Both the position numbers and the translations under genes were made by a program. Below, one piece after another: positions 41,357 to 51,327 of a DNA stretch of 64,000 bases. The DNA comes from Spirochaetota bacterium. GTDB taxonomy: Bacteria > Spirochaetota > UBA4802 > UBA5550. The notes under the pieces were generated by a model. It was not told the origin of the DNA and did not search any database. It saw only the letters and a program-made list of their open reading frames with translations. The stretch covers positions 3,840,001 to 3,904,000 of the forward strand of contig CAXXHB010000003.1 of the NCBI GenBank assembly GCA_963664815.2, given 5' to 3'. Position 1 is the stretch's first letter, and each line of letters starts with the position of its first letter.

Positions 41357-41371
41357 TATACTCACCCGCCA

Positions 41372-42019
41372 TTATTTAACCTTGATATAATCTATGAGTA
41401 TATATCTGCTCTTACCCTTTTCTGTTACTTTCTGAAGAGTTGCTTGCATGACATTAGCAAGCTGCGGCACATCATCAGGAGAGAACTTCTTCCACTCCTT
41501 CTCCGTTCCATGAACATTCCCAGTCCACCCGGACCCTGCATAATATACGTTCACTGCCGCAGTATACATATTATTACCGATATCTGTAAGAGATACCAGT
41601 TGTGAAAAATAAAACACCTCACCGGATGCCTCAGAGATATAATACCAGCCGTCTTTATATATAATTCCATCGCTGTCAACAGACTGATGTTTTTTAATCT
41701 TCTTCCCGAAGAATCTGTTAACAGAATCATCGATGTACGAGACTTTTATCTTTAACTGGTACTCTTTGCCGCCCCTGACAAAAAGCTTTTCATTATTCCT
41801 GTAATTGTGAAGCACACTGAACTTTACAAGGTTTATATCTGTGATGTCGTCCTTTTTAAAAGGCTCAACAAATACCTCTGAAAAGTTGCTGAAAAAAGTG
41901 TTAAGTTCCTTTTTTTCTTTCGGGGTGAGTTTAACTCCTTTGGGTGCGGTCTGGGCAAAAGTTATACCCCCAATATAAAACAGTGCTATTAAAAGCACGA
42001 TATTTTTTTTTATTTTCAT
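41372..42019 (-). CDS. exported hypothetical protein
   Basis: Signal peptide ending TFA; GGAG RBS. Confidence 0.72.
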   Translation of the reverse strand: MKIKKNIVLLIALFYIGGITFAQTAPKGVKLTPKEKKELNTFFSNFSEVFVEPFKKDDITDINLVKFSVLHNYRNNEKLFVRGGKEYQLKIKVSYIDDSVNRFFGKKIKKHQSVDSDGIIYKDGWYYISEASGEVFYFSQLVSLTDIGNNMYTAAVNVYYAGSGWTGNVHGTEKEWKKFSPDDVPQLANVMQATLQKVTEKGKSRYILIDYIKVK

Positions 42020-42054
42020 AGTCTTTTCTCCATATTCTCTATTATAAATAACAA

Positions 42055-43209
42055 TTATATTCTTATAGTGATAATTGAATAAGGCGTTGAACCTGTTCCA
42101 AAAGGACTCCCGGAAATTTCTGTTAAAGTTCCCGTTGCTGCATTAATTGAATAGGCAGAAACTTTTGCAGAGTTCCAGTTTGTGATATACAGAAATTTTC
42201 CACTTGGGTCCACGCTGGGTGATGTACTTCCATTATAACTGACAGATATTGAACTGACATAAGTTAATACACCTGTATCAGCATCAACCGTATATAATAA
42301 TATATTTCCACCACTCCCACCGCTCACAGTAACATAAACAAATTTTCCACCGGGATGTATTGTTATTCCATTGAGAGAAGCATAACCCGGATAATAAGTG
42401 ACAAGACTCCCGAGAGTCCCGGTAGCACCGTCAATGGCATAACAATAAATTCCCCCGGAAGTTACATCATAATGCACAGAATAGGAATATTTTCCGTTTG
42501 GGTGAATAACCATTGCTCGCGGATATGGATAATTCGAGCCGCTTGTCCCTGGTGATGCTGCATAAGTGGCTATACTTCCATATATACCATCTCCAATAGT
42601 GTAAGCCAGTATATTATAATCATAGCTTTCCAGAATATAAAGAAATTTATTACCAGGATTTATAGCTATTGAACAGGGACCTTTACCGGTACTTATTGTT
42701 GTTTTGAATGTCAGTGATCCATCAGAATTGATTGTATAAACATGGACAGTTTTATCCGCAGTTAACGAACTAGAGCCATTCGCAACATACAGATATTTAC
42801 CATCGGGGTCTACTGTGACTGAAATTGAATTGCTGCCGGTTGAATAACTGTCGATTAATGTTAAAACACCTGTGATGCTGTTAATTGAATAAGCATAAAC
42901 ATAACCGGCTGGTGGATTCGTACTATCCTCGCATGCAACATAGAGATATTTACAGGTAGGATCTGATGTTACACTCATAGGATGAGTAACAGTAGAATAG
43001 GTATTGATTGACGTTAATGCACCGGTTGTACTGTCAATTGAATATGCTGAAACTGAATTAGAATTATAATTTGCCACATAGGCATAATATTTATACGATT
43101 TTTCCGCTTTTTCCCCTTTGGTCTCATTCATCATATCCTCAAATCCAGATTCACATGAAGAGAACACAAATGCCGCTATCAAAAATATAAACATTTTTTT
43201 AATTTTCAT
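42055..43209 (-). CDS. lactonase-family (PGL-like) beta-propeller lipoprotein
   Basis: Lipobox FSSC; ~7 repeats of (D/H)PxGK(Y/F)LYV...VxAYSIxxxTGxLT. Confidence 0.85.
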   Translation of the reverse strand: MKIKKMFIFLIAAFVFSSCESGFEDMMNETKGEKAEKSYKYYAYVANYNSNSVSAYSIDSTTGALTSINTYSTVTHPMSVTSDPTCKYLYVACEDSTNPPAGYVYAYSINSITGVLTLIDSYSTGSNSISVTVDPDGKYLYVANGSSSLTADKTVHVYTINSDGSLTFKTTISTGKGPCSIAINPGNKFLYILESYDYNILAYTIGDGIYGSIATYAASPGTSGSNYPYPRAMVIHPNGKYSYSVHYDVTSGGIYCYAIDGATGTLGSLVTYYPGYASLNGITIHPGGKFVYVTVSGGSGGNILLYTVDADTGVLTYVSSISVSYNGSTSPSVDPSGKFLYITNWNSAKVSAYSINAATGTLTEISGSPFGTGSTPYSIITIRI

Positions 43210-43297
43210 TTTTCACAACTCCTTCTTTTTTACAATCTCCCCTCTCCATCCGAAGAGACGACGTGCTGAACCTGTCGAAGCAGGCAGAGAGCGAGGT

Positions 43298-44704
43298 TTA
43301 CAACTCAACCAGTATTCCGCAGCTTACAAATCCCTCATAGAAAGGTTTAACACCCGCTCTTTCATATATAATCCCGTAATCACCGCCAATTGAAAAAGTA
43401 AAATTATCACTGCTTACAGTTAACGCCAATCCGCCGTCTACAATTGGATCGATAATTGTTTTCTCTTTTTCAACATTGAGGCTTGTATATTTAACCTTAG
43501 AATACGATTCCCCTATCTTCGCGAAAGGAAATAACGAAAACCAGTCGCCCAGCCACAGGTGATACCCTGCGTATAACGTAACCGGTATAAAATTCAATGT
43601 ATCAGTACTCTTTTCTTCTATGCCGGGGAGTGTTATATAACTGGAACTTATCCCTGCTTCAAAATTCTGAAACATGAAATTTCTGAGTCCAATATTCACA
43701 GTTCCGCCATAGCCGGGATCAAACATCTTTCCAAGATCACCGGAAAGAACAAACACCGCGGGCGCGGCAGAAATAACAAGCTGCAGTGGCATTAGAACAC
43801 GCACCTTTGGAGATTCAGTGTCAAGATCATCAACTGCCGTTATCTCCAGCTTGTATACCGAAATGTTCCCGGGAACAGTGTATTCAGGTGTTTTAACTGT
43901 AGCTATCTTTCCCTTCTCTTTCTCATCCCTGTTGTATATGTTATAACCTTTAATCTTGCCATCCGGGTCATTAGAATCATTCCACCTGACTGTAAGTTTT
44001 TTATCTTTTGTTTCACGCACAATACCTTCAGGTTCCGTTGGTGCGATGTTCTTTGTCTTTATCTTCAGTTCGTTGCTTGGAGGAGACTCGTAGTCGTCGC
44101 TGTCAACGCTTGTAACAATAATAAAATAGCTGCTGTTACTTGAAAGTTTTTTAATAGTAACGGATTTACTCCCCGTACTTTCGATAAGTTCATACTTATC
44201 TTTATCATTTTTCTTTATGTAAATATTATATCTCTTAACTTTGTCATATGGAGGCTCCCATGTTAGTGACACCCTGTCTGTCTCCGTATCTCCGACAACC
44301 TGCAGACCCGAGGGATTTTTCTCTGCGATGAATAGTACCGCGCTTCTTTTAAGGGTAAACTCCTCCGGCTTATATAAATCGAGCCTGAAAGTGTAGCTCT
44401 CCCTGTCCTCATCAACCATGTATGCTACAACACCCTTCCCGTCTCGCTTCTGGATATAAATCTTTCCCATCTTAAGCTCGGTGTAGAGTATGCGAATTAT
44501 CTCGCTACGTGGAATCGATTTAAGTTTTTTATCGGTCATACGGACGGTTACAGATGTTGCCCCGTCGGAGACTATGGTACCATTTATAATTGAACCATCC
44601 TTTAAAAACACAGCTTCCGCGCTGAGAGGCTTTTCTGAAACAGAAGCAAAAAACCATGACACAACCGCTATAGCAAGCAGTTTCCCGAACACTTTGAGAT
44701 TCAT
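43298..44704 (-). CDS. exported protein: LKDGS N-terminal domain, FN3 domains and probable C-terminal outer-membrane beta-barrel
   Basis: Signal peptide; VFLKDGSIINGTIV; VSLTWEPP..YNIY..ESPPSN FN3 pattern; alternating amphipathic C-terminal strands; paralog of 51328-52743. Confidence 0.72.
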   Translation of the reverse strand: MNLKVFGKLLAIAVVSWFFASVSEKPLSAEAVFLKDGSIINGTIVSDGATSVTVRMTDKKLKSIPRSEIIRILYTELKMGKIYIQKRDGKGVVAYMVDEDRESYTFRLDLYKPEEFTLKRSAVLFIAEKNPSGLQVVGDTETDRVSLTWEPPYDKVKRYNIYIKKNDKDKYELIESTGSKSVTIKKLSSNSSYFIIVTSVDSDDYESPPSNELKIKTKNIAPTEPEGIVRETKDKKLTVRWNDSNDPDGKIKGYNIYNRDEKEKGKIATVKTPEYTVPGNISVYKLEITAVDDLDTESPKVRVLMPLQLVISAAPAVFVLSGDLGKMFDPGYGGTVNIGLRNFMFQNFEAGISSSYITLPGIEEKSTDTLNFIPVTLYAGYHLWLGDWFSLFPFAKIGESYSKVKYTSLNVEKEKTIIDPIVDGGLALTVSSDNFTFSIGGDYGIIYERAGVKPFYEGFVSCGILVEL

Positions 44705-45200
44705 AATAGTTTCCTCAAAAAAAATTATATATTTATACCGGTTTTCATATGAAGTTTTATATCTACACCTTTATAGTAGAAATAAACTTCAAAAATTACC
44801 AAATTATTCAGAATCGTTTTACAGAAAATAAATGTAAAGGTTTAATTTACCCCTGAATACTTTTTTTAAAGTCTATTAACAGCACTATTAAACAACAGGC
44901 CCCCGAATGTTGTCATCGGAGGATATTTAACCGTATCAGCAATCAAAAGGATTCATCTTTACCATGTACGATTATACTTAAATAGCAAAAAATAAATCGC
45001 CCAGATTTATAATACTGTGCATTTTTATTGCACGGCATTATAAAAAATACCTGTTTTGTTTTTCGACGGTTGTGGCTTCTGCGGCGGTTTTGGATCTCTT
45101 ATATTCACCTTCAACCATCACTATGAGCCCCGGCTGACGATATAAAAATCAGTTTCTTCACCTGAAAAATGTATACTTCATCGATGTATCGTCTAAAATA

Positions 45201-45224
45201 CGTCCAAATTTATAAACCTGGACA
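45201..45224. promoter_or_regulatory. 24-bp palindromic operator, copy 1
   Basis: CGTCCAAATTTATAAACCTGGACA. Confidence 0.65.
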
Positions 45225-45313
45225 TTTTTTTTAATCGCAATATTAATAAATAGACAGAATATGCTGTTCACATAAAAAATTGTAATTAAATACAATAGAA
45301 AGAATAGAGACTT

Positions 45314-46411
45314 ATGCTTGGAAATATAATATTATACAGTGAATTTGCCTGCGGAGTAATACTGCTCTTATTTGTGGTACTACAACTTACATACAGAAAC
45401 AGGGAGTTTATCAACTATAACCTTGCCGGCCTTTACTTCTGCCTTTCATATGTTATTCTTATATTCTGGTCTTTCAAATCAGGGGTAATCCTGCACCTTC
45501 CCTGGATGTTTTACACTGATATAAGTATGGCTTTTGCTATCGGCCCTTTTGTATATTTTTATATTAAAACGGTAATCGGTCTGAAAACAGACTCTCTCTT
45601 CAGGTACATGATTCATTTCATCCCGGCCTTTGTTTCGTTCATTGCCATAATAATATATAACATTACTGATAATTCACTCACTGACTATTACATAAAAAAC
45701 AATATCGATTACCCGGTTTATCATCTGAGTCACTTCATTGGTATAATCGAATTAATATCAAGTTTCGTTATGATATCATACATAGTTCCAGCCACAGGAA
45801 AACTTTACATGCTGCTGCGAGACAGAAGCCACAAATCGCTGAAAGAACTTAAAATTGTCTTCCGCTACCTGTCGCTTGTTATTTTCTTCAGCGGAATGAT
45901 GCTGCTTGCCGGTATAATAAGGAATAATGTACTCAATGACATAGCTGTATATTTTCTGACTCTCCTTGCCGTCTGGTACTTTATATTCTCTTTCCGCTAC
46001 CCTGATTTTACTCAGAAAGCCATCAAAGAAGCAAGGACTGTAAGATATAAAAGTTCTATAATTAACGGTATAGATTCTGATACCGTACTCAGACGTCTTG
46101 ATGAACTGATGGAGGATGAAAAGGTTTTCGCGGATGAGGATATTACCCTGCAGAAACTTAGCGGTGAACTGATGATTACGCCTCACCAGCTTTCAAATAT
46201 ACTTAACTCAAAGCGTAAAATAAACTTCCGGACGCTTATTAATTCTTACAGAGTTAAAGAAGCCATAAGCCTGATGAAACAGTTCCCCGATAAAAATATA
46301 CTGGAGATAGCGCTGGATAGCGGTTTTAGCTCAAAGTCTTCTTTCAATTCTGTTTTCCTCAAAATAACAGGGATTGCCCCCAGAGATTACAGAAAGAATA
46401 TCAGACTGTAG
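45314..46411 (+). CDS. membrane-anchored AraC-family regulator
   Basis: ~7 TM N-terminus; HQLSNILN..NF..LINSYRV and GFSSKSSFNSVF. Confidence 0.9.
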   Translation: MLGNIILYSEFACGVILLLFVVLQLTYRNREFINYNLAGLYFCLSYVILIFWSFKSGVILHLPWMFYTDISMAFAIGPFVYFYIKTVIGLKTDSLFRYMIHFIPAFVSFIAIIIYNITDNSLTDYYIKNNIDYPVYHLSHFIGIIELISSFVMISYIVPATGKLYMLLRDRSHKSLKELKIVFRYLSLVIFFSGMMLLAGIIRNNVLNDIAVYFLTLLAVWYFIFSFRYPDFTQKAIKEARTVRYKSSIINGIDSDTVLRRLDELMEDEKVFADEDITLQKLSGELMITPHQLSNILNSKRKINFRTLINSYRVKEAISLMKQFPDKNILEIALDSGFSSKSSFNSVFLKITGIAPRDYRKNIRL

Positions 46412-46450
46412 AAGCGCAGCACACTACGTTTCTACAGTCTCTCATCAAAG

Positions 46451-47266
46451 TTATTGTTCCTGTTTAACCTTCTGTATAACTGCTTTATCTTTTATTTTAA
46501 ATTTCTGAATTGCTATATCAATAAGACCCTTCTGGAACTCGCCGGAGTTACCCCCATTGTCTTTATAGAATTTTGATATTACCCACCATAGTTTCTGCTC
46601 CCCTTCGTCCCCCATGAAATCAGGATATCCGGCATTGTTAAATCTGATTGCAACTGCCTTGCATACTTTCAGCTGTTCAGTCTGGTCCACTGATCCCCAT
46701 GTAAAACCGTCATAATACCCGATTGAATTTTTAAGAGTTGGAGCTGATTCTTCTGTTGCGGATTCTTCAGCATTCCGGTTTACCTGTATTACAGCATAAA
46801 GGACTTTCTTTGTCTTGCCGCTTACGGCAAAAGCCGTTACACACTCCATACCGCTGGCCTTGCCTTTATATATATAAGCCGGACCGTCATCTGAATTTTC
46901 AACTTCATCCGCCTTTGGATAAGCGCTCAGAAGTCTGGCAAGAGGTGTACCATTGTTTATCCCCCTTGATGTTGTGAAACTATTTTTTAACGCAACCTTA
47001 ACAAGAGTACCGTCATCATTAAACTCCGCTTCTCCATCTTCCCATGTGTAGGTATTATTATTTTCCCATGAGCCCCCTTTAAATTTCTTAGTGAAAGATT
47101 GCTTTGTTTCATTAGGAACATTTATTTCAACTTTACCGCTTTTAATCCTCAGGTCATTTACTCCGATTGAAGCCGCGCCGGCCGCCATAACCTCAGTATT
47201 TACCAATGAAAATGCAAACATTGAAGATGCGCCTAAAAACATCAGTTTTCGTAAAAATCCTTTCAT
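46451..47266 (-). CDS. exported hypothetical protein
   Basis: Signal peptide; AAGGAG RBS; TSRGINNG..L.RLLSAYP segment. Confidence 0.72.
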   Translation of the reverse strand: MKGFLRKLMFLGASSMFAFSLVNTEVMAAGAASIGVNDLRIKSGKVEINVPNETKQSFTKKFKGGSWENNNTYTWEDGEAEFNDDGTLVKVALKNSFTTSRGINNGTPLARLLSAYPKADEVENSDDGPAYIYKGKASGMECVTAFAVSGKTKKVLYAVIQVNRNAEESATEESAPTLKNSIGYYDGFTWGSVDQTEQLKVCKAVAIRFNNAGYPDFMGDEGEQKLWWVISKFYKDNGGNSGEFQKGLIDIAIQKFKIKDKAVIQKVKQEQ

Positions 47267-47458
47267 TTCTGTCTCCTTTTATTGAATCTTTTTATTTCAT
47301 CAGATAACTTGCATTTGAAAAAACTTCCATTTATCTGATTATTTCATTGCAGTTTATAGCATAGAATAACCACAGATTTACCATATTGATCCGGTAAATT
47401 AATCTGCATCATTATCACAGTATTCATAATTATTCATAACACACCTGTACACTCTAAT

Positions 47459-47482
47459 CGTACAAGTTTATAAATCTGGACG
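47459..47482. promoter_or_regulatory. 24-bp palindromic operator, copy 2
   Basis: CGTACAAGTTTATAAATCTGGACG. Confidence 0.65.
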
Positions 47483-47577
47483 CTTTTTTTATTTTTCAGA
47501 GCAGGAATTAAGTAGACAAAATCTATACATTATCAAATAAACGTTGAAATTCTATTTTCAGGAAGTGTGTTGGCCTG

Positions 47578-48681
47578 ATGTTTGAAAGTATTGTTAAATA
47601 TAGTGAATTCACCTGCGGGGTTATACTCTTAATCTTTGCTGTAATACAGATTATATATAAAAACAGGAAATTTATCAACTATAATCTTGCCGGGATTTAT
47701 TTCTGTCTTTCATATGTTATTCTCACATTCTGGGCTTTCAAATCGTGGATGATTTATCATGTTCCATGGCTTATTTTCACAGATATGGCAGCGGCGTTTG
47801 CCATAGGGCCATTTGTTTATTTTTACATGAAAACCGTTCTGGGGATCAACACCAAATCTGTTATTAAATACACGTTCCACTTCATCCCGGCCGTAGTTGT
47901 ATTTTGTACTATAATTGCCATTAATATAATTGATGGCCATATTGTACGCTATTATATGCAGTTTCCCGGTGAATACCCGGAATATAACCTTAATCAATCA
48001 GTCCGCATTATCGATTTTATATCCAATTTCTACATGCTGCTGTATTTAACATTTACTGTTAAAATCATTTATGATCTTCTGAAAAAGAGGAATCAAAAAT
48101 CAATCAAAGAGCTTAAGATCATATTAAAGTATATGTTATTTGTTGTTATATTCAGCCTCATGATGCTTATGGCAAGCATCACAGGGAGCAACCTGCTTAA
48201 TATAATTTCCATTTATCTTCTTACATTGGCTGGTATATGGTACTTTATATTCTCATTCCGCTACCCGGAGTTTACACAGAAAGCCATCAGGGAGGCAAAG
48301 TTTATACGCTATGAGAATACAATTCTGAATGGTATCGACGCAAATGTAGTTCTTGAACACCTTGATTACCTTATGAATGAGGAAAAAATATATGTAGATG
48401 ACGAACTTACATTGCAGAAACTGAGTGCCCAGCTGATGATTACCTCTCACCAGCTGTCGAAAATACTCAATTCAAAGAGAAAGGTCAATTTCAGAACCCT
48501 GGTGAATTCATACCGCATTAAAGAAGCAATGAGCCAGATTGCCAGTTATCCGGATAAAACAATTCTTGAGATTGCCCTTGCCAGCGGGTTTAATTCAAAG
48601 TCATCATTCAACGGTGTTTTTCTGAAAAGTACGGGGGTTACTCCCAGCGATTACAGGAAAAGCCTGACAGCAGTCCGGTAG
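47578..48681 (+). CDS. membrane-anchored AraC-family regulator (paralog of 45314-46411)
   Basis: Shares FINYNLAG.YFCLSYVIL and WYFIFSFRYP.FTQKAI.EA with its paralog; C-terminal AraC HTH. Confidence 0.9.
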   Translation: MFESIVKYSEFTCGVILLIFAVIQIIYKNRKFINYNLAGIYFCLSYVILTFWAFKSWMIYHVPWLIFTDMAAAFAIGPFVYFYMKTVLGINTKSVIKYTFHFIPAVVVFCTIIAINIIDGHIVRYYMQFPGEYPEYNLNQSVRIIDFISNFYMLLYLTFTVKIIYDLLKKRNQKSIKELKIILKYMLFVVIFSLMMLMASITGSNLLNIISIYLLTLAGIWYFIFSFRYPEFTQKAIREAKFIRYENTILNGIDANVVLEHLDYLMNEEKIYVDDELTLQKLSAQLMITSHQLSKILNSKRKVNFRTLVNSYRIKEAMSQIASYPDKTILEIALASGFNSKSSFNGVFLKSTGVTPSDYRKSLTAVR

Positions 48682-48749
48682 ATATGGTAGATATGCAGAC
48701 CAAAAACAAGGTTACGGGCCTGCATACCTGTGATATAAAAAACATTTAT

Positions 48750-51278
48750 CTACTTAACAAAAATTGAATAAGCAACCGTGCCGCCGGCAAGTATAGTTGG
48801 CGATCCATTATGCCAGTAAACGGCCTTCGTTCCATTCGTACCTGCGATGTAAATATCACACGATTGCGGAACTGCTATTGAATAAGCATTAGTTCCCCCG
48901 AACAGAGATTCATCAGAAATACAGTCATTTGACCCGGCATCATAAACCCAGTATTTTGCACTACCGGTAGCATCTGTCCCGACTATATGTACCTTGCCAT
49001 TCTGGATTAATACAGCATTTGCTGAAGATGCTGCTGATGCGGTTGCATTTAAAATAAACCTTGCCCCGTTTTTCCAGTAACATGGTTTTATACCTCCATC
49101 ATCACAAATACCGGCTACGAAAATGTCACTGCCGTTTACTGCGATTGAATTTGCTGCCGTACCCGAGAGAGAGTTAAACACACCATTAAGCCAGTAACCT
49201 GCAGCTGCATTGTTGTTACCCGAGATATAGACATCCGAACCTGATACAATTACCGAGGATGTTCTTGTACTTGTGCTGTAATTCACTGCAAGCTGTGTTT
49301 CAGTTGGTATTGTTGCTGCAGATGTCGTTGTCTGCCAGTATAATGCAGTCTGGTAATAACCTGACCAGTTTCCTTTTCCTCCTGTAATATACACATCATT
49401 TCCGCTTACGAATATTGATGAAGTACTATAATGTGCACCGGTACCGCTGATACCGACCCATGGAAGATGGACTGCGACATTATTTTTATAGTAAACACTG
49501 TTCTGATAACCACCATCCCATTGTGTTCCTGCTATATAAACATCAGTGCCTGACACAAAAATTGAGTATGCACCGGGAATTCCCGATGTCCATCCTCCGA
49601 GATCAAGAGTATATCCTGCATTATTTATCCAGAACTGGTTTGTGCCTGTTCCGCATATATATGTTATAAAAGGCACCCACTTGGCAAACAGGGTAATATC
49701 AGATGTGCCCATTGTAATGCTCTGTCCGGCTGTATATGTTGTACCTGAATCTCTGGACCATCCTGCAAAGGAATAACCGGCTTTTACCATATTCCCTGAA
49801 TTACTTTTTATTATTACAGAGGACCCTGCCTCATAATTATTACCATCTGCGGGCAGAGACCCGCTGTCTCTGCCAAAATCATCATATATCACTTTATAAG
49901 CAGCGTTTACAGTCCATACTGCGTACATAGTAATATTTGCCGTTCCCATAGGGAAAGCGGCTCCCGGCGCATAGGTAGTTGAATTATAACTCCACCCGCC
50001 GAATGTATACCCGGACTTCGACAGAACAGGTGATCCTATATTGTTCTTTACAGTCACAATATCCCCCGGCAGGTATGACTGCGCAGAGGGGGGTGTCCCG
50101 TCACCACCGTTTTTATCGTATGTAACAGTATAGGTAACGGCAGATGTTACTGTTGCTGTACATGCCGCGGAATACCCGCCATCCTGCGTTGTTACAGTTA
50201 TAACAGCTGATCCTGCAGCAACAGCAGTTATCATCCCGCCGCTGTCAACCGATGCTACAAGACTGTTGCTGCTTTTCCATACCAGGTTCTGGTCGGTAGC
50301 ATTTGACGGAGTAATAGTCGCAGTCAGTTGCCCCTGGTTCCCCGTCTGAACGGTAACTGTTGAAGGTGAGATACTCACCCCTGTTACCGCGACCGGTGAA
50401 GATTCAACCGTTACAGAGATGCCTGCCGTATAACTGCCGTCAACTGTTGTTGCAGTGACGGTGGCGCTGCCGGCCGATTTCCCTGTTACATTGCCGTAAT
50501 TATCCACAGCCGCAACAGCTGAATTGCTGCTTGACCATGTAAGGTTCTGGTTAGTGGCATTTACCGGGGCAATCGTAGCGAACAGTGTTTCTGATTTCCC
50601 CGTTGCAATTACCGTTGATGTTTTATTCAGAGTTACACCGGTAACACTCACTGGGGTCAAAGTGACGGTAAAAAGGCAGGATGATGTAAAACCACCATCA
50701 GCTGTGGTAACCATTATCCTCGCCGTCCCCGTGCTGCTCCCGGTCGTAACAACACCGTTTCCGTCAACTGATGCTACAAGGCTGTTGCTGCTGGACCACA
50801 CGAGAGTCTGGTTTGTTGCGGCAGATGGCAACACTACTGCTGACAACGTCTCCGAGTTCCCGGTAAGAAGACAGGATATCCCCTTGTTCAGTGAAACACC
50901 CGTCACTGCTACCGGTTTTTCAACAACGTTAACAGTGCATTGCGCTGCAAAATTTCCCTCTTCGGTTGTCACTGTTATAACCGCCTGTTTGGTCTCGCCA
51001 TGCATTACGCCTGAAACTACAGAAACAAGACCGCTGCTGCTTACCTGTGCAACAGATGTATCACTGCTGGACCACGTTACATTTTTATTGGCGGTTTTTG
51101 ACGGGGAGACAACAGCAGAAAGCTGTTCGCTCCCGCCGCTGACAATTGTAGTTGTCCTTTTAAGACCCACTCCGTCAACCGGGCCTGTAAAATAGTTCTG
51201 CGCACTGTAGAATGAATCACTGCATCCCGCGAAGAGTATTGCTGCCATGATCAGTAAATTATATATCTTTTTTTTCAT
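48750..51278 (-). CDS. surface lipoprotein: 4 Big_2 Ig-like domains, 2 InlB B-like repeats and a C-terminal beta-propeller
   Basis: Lipobox FAGC; 4x VTGV.L...ATNQ.L.WSSS..VA.V; 2x GY(T/S)FxGW; SIFVSGxDVYIxG repeats. Confidence 0.85.
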   Translation of the reverse strand: MKKKIYNLLIMAAILFAGCSDSFYSAQNYFTGPVDGVGLKRTTTIVSGGSEQLSAVVSPSKTANKNVTWSSSDTSVAQVSSSGLVSVVSGVMHGETKQAVITVTTEEGNFAAQCTVNVVEKPVAVTGVSLNKGISCLLTGNSETLSAVVLPSAATNQTLVWSSSNSLVASVDGNGVVTTGSSTGTARIMVTTADGGFTSSCLFTVTLTPVSVTGVTLNKTSTVIATGKSETLFATIAPVNATNQNLTWSSSNSAVAAVDNYGNVTGKSAGSATVTATTVDGSYTAGISVTVESSPVAVTGVSISPSTVTVQTGNQGQLTATITPSNATDQNLVWKSSNSLVASVDSGGMITAVAAGSAVITVTTQDGGYSAACTATVTSAVTYTVTYDKNGGDGTPPSAQSYLPGDIVTVKNNIGSPVLSKSGYTFGGWSYNSTTYAPGAAFPMGTANITMYAVWTVNAAYKVIYDDFGRDSGSLPADGNNYEAGSSVIIKSNSGNMVKAGYSFAGWSRDSGTTYTAGQSITMGTSDITLFAKWVPFITYICGTGTNQFWINNAGYTLDLGGWTSGIPGAYSIFVSGTDVYIAGTQWDGGYQNSVYYKNNVAVHLPWVGISGTGAHYSTSSIFVSGNDVYITGGKGNWSGYYQTALYWQTTTSAATIPTETQLAVNYSTSTRTSSVIVSGSDVYISGNNNAAAGYWLNGVFNSLSGTAANSIAVNGSDIFVAGICDDGGIKPCYWKNGARFILNATASAASSANAVLIQNGKVHIVGTDATGSAKYWVYDAGSNDCISDESLFGGTNAYSIAVPQSCDIYIAGTNGTKAVYWHNGSPTILAGGTVAYSIFVK

Positions 51279-51327
51279 ATTATGCTCCATTCCTGCCCTG
51301 TTTTCACGTAACGACAGCAGATTACAT

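Noticed and set aside
50524-51195. 223-aa plus-strand ORF and many other antisense or overlapping ORFs in the track (e.g. 59095-59742, 11951-12481, 38452-38880)
   Set aside because: They are shadows of well-supported genes on the opposite strand or in another frame, with no motifs or RBS.
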